Shown: one piece after another, positions 59,177 to 64,000 of the stretch
How positions within the stretch are numbered: the stretch's first letter is position 1
Layout: every line of letters starts with the position of its first letter
Assembly (NCBI GenBank): GCA_963730935.1
Contig: CAVSTP010000003.1
Location: 576,001-640,000, forward strand
From: an uncultured Nitrospiraceae bacterium
Lineage (GTDB): Bacteria; Nitrospirota; Nitrospiria; Nitrospirales; Nitrospiraceae
Direction of reading: 5' to 3'
DNA: 64,000 nt
Translations under genes and position numbers: made by a program
The notes under the pieces: generated by a model
Told to the model about the DNA's origin: nothing
Databases searched by the model: none
The model's input: the letters and a program-made list of their open reading frames with translations, nothing else

Positions 59177-60622
59177 TTGAGAACTCACTCACCTTCTTCA
59201 ACACACACATGGTTCGGCATCCTCTGCTGTTCGATGTGGCTCTCGGCTTTCTGCGCCGCAAGCGCTTGGGCGACCTCGGAGCTTAACATTCCTAAGCCCA
59301 CCGATCCGCTCATGCCTGCGCCTCCGCCGCCGGCCTTAGAGGCGTCCGCCGTCAATCTTGAAGTTCGGCTCACGGCCGAAGGCCTGGCTGCCGCTGTCGA
59401 TGAGGGCTTTCCTCAGGTCGCGGCGCGCGAGAACGATTGGAGTGAGGCCGTCACGCTGGGAGCACAGGAGGACATTCGGTTCTTGTATCGCGTCGTCAGA
59501 GGATCGTTTCGATACCGTATGGATCATGATCAGTTTCGGGTGTCGTTTGACCAGGTGCGCTATCGAGTTTGGGCGCGCAGGAATCAGGGTGACGGGTTCG
59601 TCGAAGGTCGCTGCGGACATGGCGATGACCCGCCCAGACGGCTGAATCTTTCCGCCCGGTCGGCACTGTCCTGGTCCGACCGATGGCGCCTGCAATCGCA
59701 GACGACGTTCGACGAACCTGTGTTTGTCGAGCCCTGCCTGCTCACGGGACTCGATGTCGATGCGACACCTGTGTTGAAAGCGGTGTTGCAACCGAGGCTC
59801 GCGGCGCTGGCGCAGAGTATCGACCGGATCGTGCGCGACCGGACGGAAGCCAAACAGCGCGCGGAGACAGTGTGGCAGAAGTTACAGGAGCCCGTCGAGT
59901 TCGCTCCCAACCAGTGGCTCCAGTTTCATCCACGCGACGCCCGGGTCAGTCCGATCACCTCAAACGGCACGCTCGTGCTCCACACGTCCGTGAATCTGGT
60001 CGTGGAGCCCAGGATCGTCAGTGGCCAGAAACCTGATCACACGACAATCCCGCTGCCACCGCTGCAATTGACTCCTCTTCCGTTGGAAGGCTTCCATCTC
60101 GCCCTTCCGATCACCGTCGACTACGGACGCATCAATCAACGGCTTGAGGAGGAGATGATTGGACAGGAGTTCCAGACGCCTGTCGGCGATACCTTGAGAG
60201 TCGAAGGCGTGCAACTCTATGGAAGCGGCGACAAGCTGATTCTCGCGCTCCGGGTGTCAGGAGGTGTGAACGGAACCGTGTACGCGACCGGGACACCGGT
60301 GTTCGATGAGGGGCTTGGGATGCTGCGGTTCGTCGATCTGGATTTCACACTGGACACCCGTAACGTGTTGGTGCAATCGGCAAACTGGATGTTCCATCAA
60401 GACATCTTGTCGAGCCTGAGGTCCCAGGCCTACATTGATCTCTCCGGCCAGCTGCAAACGCTTCGTTCCCGCCTCACGAGTGCCCTGACGCGAGAGATGG
60501 GGCCGAACGCCCGGCTTGAAGGAGAAGTCACATCCCTTCGGCCCCGTGGCGTGTACCCGACGGCAGGAGGTGTGGAAGTGCATATCATCGCGGAGGGCTC
60601 CATGTGGGTGGAATTGCAGTGA
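59177..60622 (+). CDS. DUF4403-family exported protein
   Basis: Signal peptide; long beta-rich body; GVNGTVYATGTPVFD...LDFTLDT pattern. Confidence 0.7.
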   Translation: MRTHSPSSTHTWFGILCCSMWLSAFCAASAWATSELNIPKPTDPLMPAPPPPALEASAVNLEVRLTAEGLAAAVDEGFPQVAARENDWSEAVTLGAQEDIRFLYRVVRGSFRYRMDHDQFRVSFDQVRYRVWARRNQGDGFVEGRCGHGDDPPRRLNLSARSALSWSDRWRLQSQTTFDEPVFVEPCLLTGLDVDATPVLKAVLQPRLAALAQSIDRIVRDRTEAKQRAETVWQKLQEPVEFAPNQWLQFHPRDARVSPITSNGTLVLHTSVNLVVEPRIVSGQKPDHTTIPLPPLQLTPLPLEGFHLALPITVDYGRINQRLEEEMIGQEFQTPVGDTLRVEGVQLYGSGDKLILALRVSGGVNGTVYATGTPVFDEGLGMLRFVDLDFTLDTRNVLVQSANWMFHQDILSSLRSQAYIDLSGQLQTLRSRLTSALTREMGPNARLEGEVTSLRPRGVYPTAGGVEVHIIAEGSMWVELQ

Positions 60623-60669
60623 GCCGAGTCTCCAATCTCCCGACGTTCTTCAATGAACGAGAGGTATCT

Positions 60670-61173
60670 ATGAACGTGTCCAAGCGTCTCGTTGCTGCGG
60701 TGTGTCTTGCGTGCCTCGGATACCTGGTTCAGACCGTTGAGCCGGCTCCGGCGCGTGGAGCGGGGGAAGGCATGTCCGAATCTGATTTTGAGCTCATGCG
60801 CTCCGATATCAGGACGAAGAAGGCCAGCCTCATTGCCGACCGCATGAAGTTCACGGACCGGGAAGCGTCGGCGTTCTGGCCAGTGTATCGTCAGTATGAA
60901 GCCGATCTTGCGGCGATCAATGACAAAAAGGTGTCGATCATGAAGGACTATATGAGCCGCCATGAGGCATTGACCGAGCAGCAAGCCAAGCAACTTGCGG
61001 AGGACGTGTTTGACGTAGACCAGAAGACGCTAGATCTCCGCGAAAAATGTTTTGGTGCGCTGGAAAAGGCCATCCCAGCGAAGACGATCGTCCGATGGCT
61101 GCAGCTTGAGCGGCGACTGCAGCTCCTGGTCGATGCGCAGCTTGCCAAAGATCTTCCCGTGATTCAGAAATAG
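60670..61173 (+). CDS. Exported helical hypothetical protein (FWPVY family, paralog 3)
   Basis: GAGG RBS; KASLIADRMKFTDREASAFWPVYRQYEADL...WLQLERRL. Confidence 0.8.
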   Translation: MNVSKRLVAAVCLACLGYLVQTVEPAPARGAGEGMSESDFELMRSDIRTKKASLIADRMKFTDREASAFWPVYRQYEADLAAINDKKVSIMKDYMSRHEALTEQQAKQLAEDVFDVDQKTLDLREKCFGALEKAIPAKTIVRWLQLERRLQLLVDAQLAKDLPVIQK

Positions 61174-61187
61174 ACGTGCATGGCGGC

Positions 61188-61636
61188 TCATTGAACCTGC
61201 CGCGGCTGTAAGACCAGGTCCGGCGAGACGAAGGTGTGCCCGATCATCGCTTTGCGAACGGCGACAAGCAGGTCTGAGCCTAGCCGCGGCTTGATCAACA
61301 TAGCCGATGAGCTCCCGCCGAAAACGCTTCCTCCACGAATTCCTGATCCTGGTGCACCGTCAAGAAGACGATCTTGGCTTTGGACCCGATCCGCGTGAGC
61401 AGGCGTGCGGCTTCCAGACCGCTCATCACGCGCATGGAAATATCGAGAATAAGGACGTCCGGTTTGAGGGACTCCGTGGCTTCAAGCACATCCTGACCGT
61501 CGTCGACGGTGCCCACGATCTGAAACTCCGGTTCGAGGATCCTGCGTGCGGCCTGCAGCATGGGGGGGCTGTCGTCGGCCAGGAGGACACGCACGAGGGT
61601 GTGGCCTGTACTGCTGCTTTTCGCAGATGGCGACAT
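61188..61636 (-). CDS. Stand-alone receiver (REC) protein; two +1 indels near 61296-61309
   Basis: VLLADD, LILDISM, FLTVH; removing two bases restores AGAIGYVIKPRLGSDLLVAVRKAMIGHTFVSP to a stop at 61188. Confidence 0.8.
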
Positions 61637-61703
61637 TCGCCGCTCCATTCAGGCAAACAATCTGACACGCAGGTTCTTATCATTTACATCGCTGTCGGCG
61701 ATA

Positions 61704-61719
61704 CTGGCAAAAGTAACAG
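61704..61719 (-). promoter_or_regulatory. Palindromic operator site 3 (minus strand CTGTTA-CTTT-TGCCAG)
   Basis: Two mismatches to the consensus; 24 nt before TG-a-TAAGAA, upstream of the REC gene. Confidence 0.5.
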
Positions 61720-61810
61720 ATTCTTTCGGTCCTGCCGTAGCCGAGTCGTCTTAGGGAATTCAAAGGGAACTCGTTGGAAGCAGAGATGCAGTAACGACAG
61801 AGGATCTGGA

Positions 61811-62467
61811 TCAGCGCCGGCTACTTGTGGGAGTGCTGAGCGTCAGCCGCTGGTCAATGGCAAACTGAATGAGTTCTGCGTTGCTTTTGAGACGAAACTG
61901 CTGCATGACACGGTATTTGTGAAAGGCGACGGTGCGGGCTGTGACATGCAGGACGTCGGCAGCTTCCTTCATCGTGTGCCCTTCAGCCAGCAGTTGCAGA
62001 ACTTCACGTTGGCGGGACGTCAATTCACTACCGTTCGAACGATCCCCTCCTTGGATGAACGACTCGACCATGCGTTGTGAGGCCTGGGAGGTCACATAGG
62101 TGTCGCCCCGCATGACTGTCCGGATGGCCTCAGGCAGCTCGCGGGCGGCCGAGGTTTTGAGCAGGAAGCCGGACGCTCCGAGGCCAAGCGCCTCCTTCGC
62201 CAGATCGGGATCTTCGTTCATTGTCAAGAAAATCAGTTTGACGACGGGCATCGAGTGTTTGATCTGGCGGCCGGCATCGAGCCCGTTCAACAGGGGCATG
62301 CCGATGTCAAGCACGATGACGTCGGGATGGAGCGCGATGGCCTTGGGAAGCAGCGCTCGTCCATCCGTCACGATACCGACGACTTCGCACTCCGGCTCGA
62401 GGAGGGCGACGCAGGCTTCCACAACCAGCCGGTGGTCGTCAGCGAGCAACACGCGTGGACGCGGCAT
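61811..62467 (-). CDS. NarL/LuxR-family response regulator
   Basis: LLADDH, LDIGMP..NGLDA, LTSRQREVLQLLAEG...TVAFHKYR HTH. Confidence 0.93.
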   Translation of the reverse strand: MPRPRVLLADDHRLVVEACVALLEPECEVVGIVTDGRALLPKAIALHPDVIVLDIGMPLLNGLDAGRQIKHSMPVVKLIFLTMNEDPDLAKEALGLGASGFLLKTSAARELPEAIRTVMRGDTYVTSQASQRMVESFIQGGDRSNGSELTSRQREVLQLLAEGHTMKEAADVLHVTARTVAFHKYRVMQQFRLKSNAELIQFAIDQRLTLSTPTSSRR

Positions 62468-62491
62468 GATTCCTCCTTCGCGACAAACGGC

Positions 62492-63583
62492 TCATGCCGC
62501 CAGGTGAACGGAAATCCTCGTGCCACGCGACGGCCGTGATTCTACGGCAATGGTGCCGCCCGCGGCATGTACCCGCTCCTGCATGCTGATCAGACCAAGA
62601 TGTCCCTTGGCGGAGACGACTTCCGGATCGAAACCAGCGCCGGCATCCGAGATACAGAGATGCAAAGTTCCCCGATGGCCAAACAACTCGAGCTGCCCGT
62701 CTTTCACACCGCTGTGCCTCATCGTGTTGTTCAAGGCTTCCTGAGCGACGCGGAACAGGCACAAGGCCGACTCCTTGGAAATTGAAGCGGGAACATCGCG
62801 GTAGAGAAAGTTGATCTGAGCGCCGTATTGCTCGGACATCTCCCGGCAGAGTCCTTTGATTGCCGCCACGAGACCAAGATGTTCCAGCTTGGCGGGGTGA
62901 AGTTGATGCGACAGACGATGGACATCCGATGCAACTTCCTGCGTTAACCGGCGCAAATCTCCGATGTGACTCCGACAGGTGCCATTGGTCTCCGTGCTCT
63001 GTTCCAGTCGCTCGAGGCCGATCGACAGCAAGGCCAGCCGTTGATTGAAATCATCATGGAGTTCTCGAGCGATGCGGCTGCGTTCTTCCTCTTGGGCGCT
63101 GATCAACCGGCCGGTCATTTCCTTCAGCGAACGCTCAGCGCGTTTGCGTTCCGTGATGTCCACCATGACGCCGATCATCTCCTTCAACGTTCCGTCTTCG
63201 ACGACGGCGTGGACCGAGTCGTGGAACCAGACTTCTCGCCCGTCGGCGGCCACCATACGATATTCCAGCGCATGATGCCGTTTGTCGTGCGTCGCGCGAC
63301 GGTACGACGCGACGGCTTTTAAGCGATCCTCGGGGTGAAGATGCGCCTCCCAGAAGGCTGGTTCGCAGAGCCATTGTGTAATCGGGTATCCCAAAATGCT
63401 TTCCGCCCGCTTGCTCACATAGCTGGTTCGAAAACTCCCGGCATCCGCGCGCCACACGATGGCTTCCAACGAGTCCACCAGTTCTTCGTAGCGCCGTTGA
63501 GCCTGGCGTATCGCGGCCTCTGCCTGCTGTACTAACGCGAAGGTTTCCTGCGGATCGGTCCTAGGGGATGAACGTGTGAGCAT
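62492..63583 (-). CDS. Cytoplasmic PAS sensor histidine kinase (HisKA_3)
   Basis: PAS_3 (HPEDR), EEERSRIARELHDDFNQ, QEALNN, DAGAGFD, GLISMQER; no TM; alternative start 63613. Confidence 0.92.
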   Translation of the reverse strand: MLTRSSPRTDPQETFALVQQAEAAIRQAQRRYEELVDSLEAIVWRADAGSFRTSYVSKRAESILGYPITQWLCEPAFWEAHLHPEDRLKAVASYRRATHDKRHHALEYRMVAADGREVWFHDSVHAVVEDGTLKEMIGVMVDITERKRAERSLKEMTGRLISAQEEERSRIARELHDDFNQRLALLSIGLERLEQSTETNGTCRSHIGDLRRLTQEVASDVHRLSHQLHPAKLEHLGLVAAIKGLCREMSEQYGAQINFLYRDVPASISKESALCLFRVAQEALNNTMRHSGVKDGQLELFGHRGTLHLCISDAGAGFDPEVVSAKGHLGLISMQERVHAAGGTIAVESRPSRGTRISVHLAA

Positions 63584-63766
63584 GGCCTCATCTCCGTCCA
63601 GATGGTCTGGCACGTGCCAACGGGGAACCGAGCATGAACCTCTCCCCTGTAGGAGTCAAGGAGGAATAAGGCTGTTGTCGGAGAGACGATGACAGGTGGA
63701 ATGAGAGGGGGCAGACCTGTGCATAGGGAGTAAGTACTGCCTAAGGGTTTCAACGTGGCCGGATCC

Positions 63767-63782
63767 CTGTCAAATGTAACAG
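63767..63782 (+). promoter_or_regulatory. Palindromic operator site 4 (CTGTCA-AATG-TAACAG)
   Basis: One mismatch; followed by TTTCC; 23 nt before TAAAGT (63806). Confidence 0.6.
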
Positions 63783-63940
63783 TTTCCCCCGTGGAATCCA
63801 GGTTGTAAAGTGCTCATCCCACGGGTTGGAGAAATAATTTAATGCTGGCGTAACACAACGTCGGACAAAGCAGAATGCTGAACTGCATCCCACCTCATGT
63901 TGCCAGCGGACGGTCGCAAGCGTAAGCCCAGGAGGACGCC

Positions 63941-64000
63941 ATGACTGAAGAACATCGAAGGCTCGAAGCCGCGCGCAATTTGAACACGCCCTGGAGACGA
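63941..64000 (+). CDS. 5' end of a CDS, probably MGH1-like/GH63 glycoside hydrolase
   Basis: AGGAGG RBS; MTEEHRRLEAARNLNTPWRR resembles the N-terminus preceding WGPYLSERQWG in that family; only 20 codons are visible. Confidence 0.5.
   Translation, partial: MTEEHRRLEAARNLNTPWRR

Overview
This is a GC-rich bacterial chromosome segment, most likely Nitrospira/Nitrospirota. That call is inferred from a chlorite dismutase that closely resembles the N. defluvii enzyme and from the overall gene content. The first ~43 kb is mostly housekeeping: partial rpoH-type sigma factor, NarK-type transporter, ribBA-ribH-nusB-purB-cld-purC-purS-purQ-purL-purF, recG, ppx, scpAB, a large NHL/FN3 protein, guaB-guaA, rluB, aspS and aroC, with hypothetical, redox and methyltransferase genes interspersed. 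The region 52-64 kb is accessory: a run of exported/lipoprotein genes (BON, EEP, SemiSWEET, DUF4136, two SYLF/Ysc84, three helical paralogs, glycine zipper, DUF4403) next to a PAS histidine kinase, a NarL-type regulator and a stand-alone receiver. Signals not explained by the genes: (1) a palindrome CTGTCA-N4-TGACAG found four times at a fixed 23-24 nt distance from -10-like boxes, a candidate regulon of the adjacent two-component system; (2) a modular, structured dispersed-repeat family (6 copies) starting just after stop codons; (3) a ~220-nt extensively base-paired element after purC; (4) a methyltransferase with a PqqD/RRE-like N-terminus; (5) an unannotated 49-aa gene with a diverged relic copy. 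About 18 single-base indels at 35.0-40.3 kb (plus two near 61.3 kb) break conserved genes, including the essential aspS, and are most likely sequencing errors. No rRNA, tRNA, CRISPR array, transposase or integrase was seen. All family assignments come from motif recognition by eye, not database searches.
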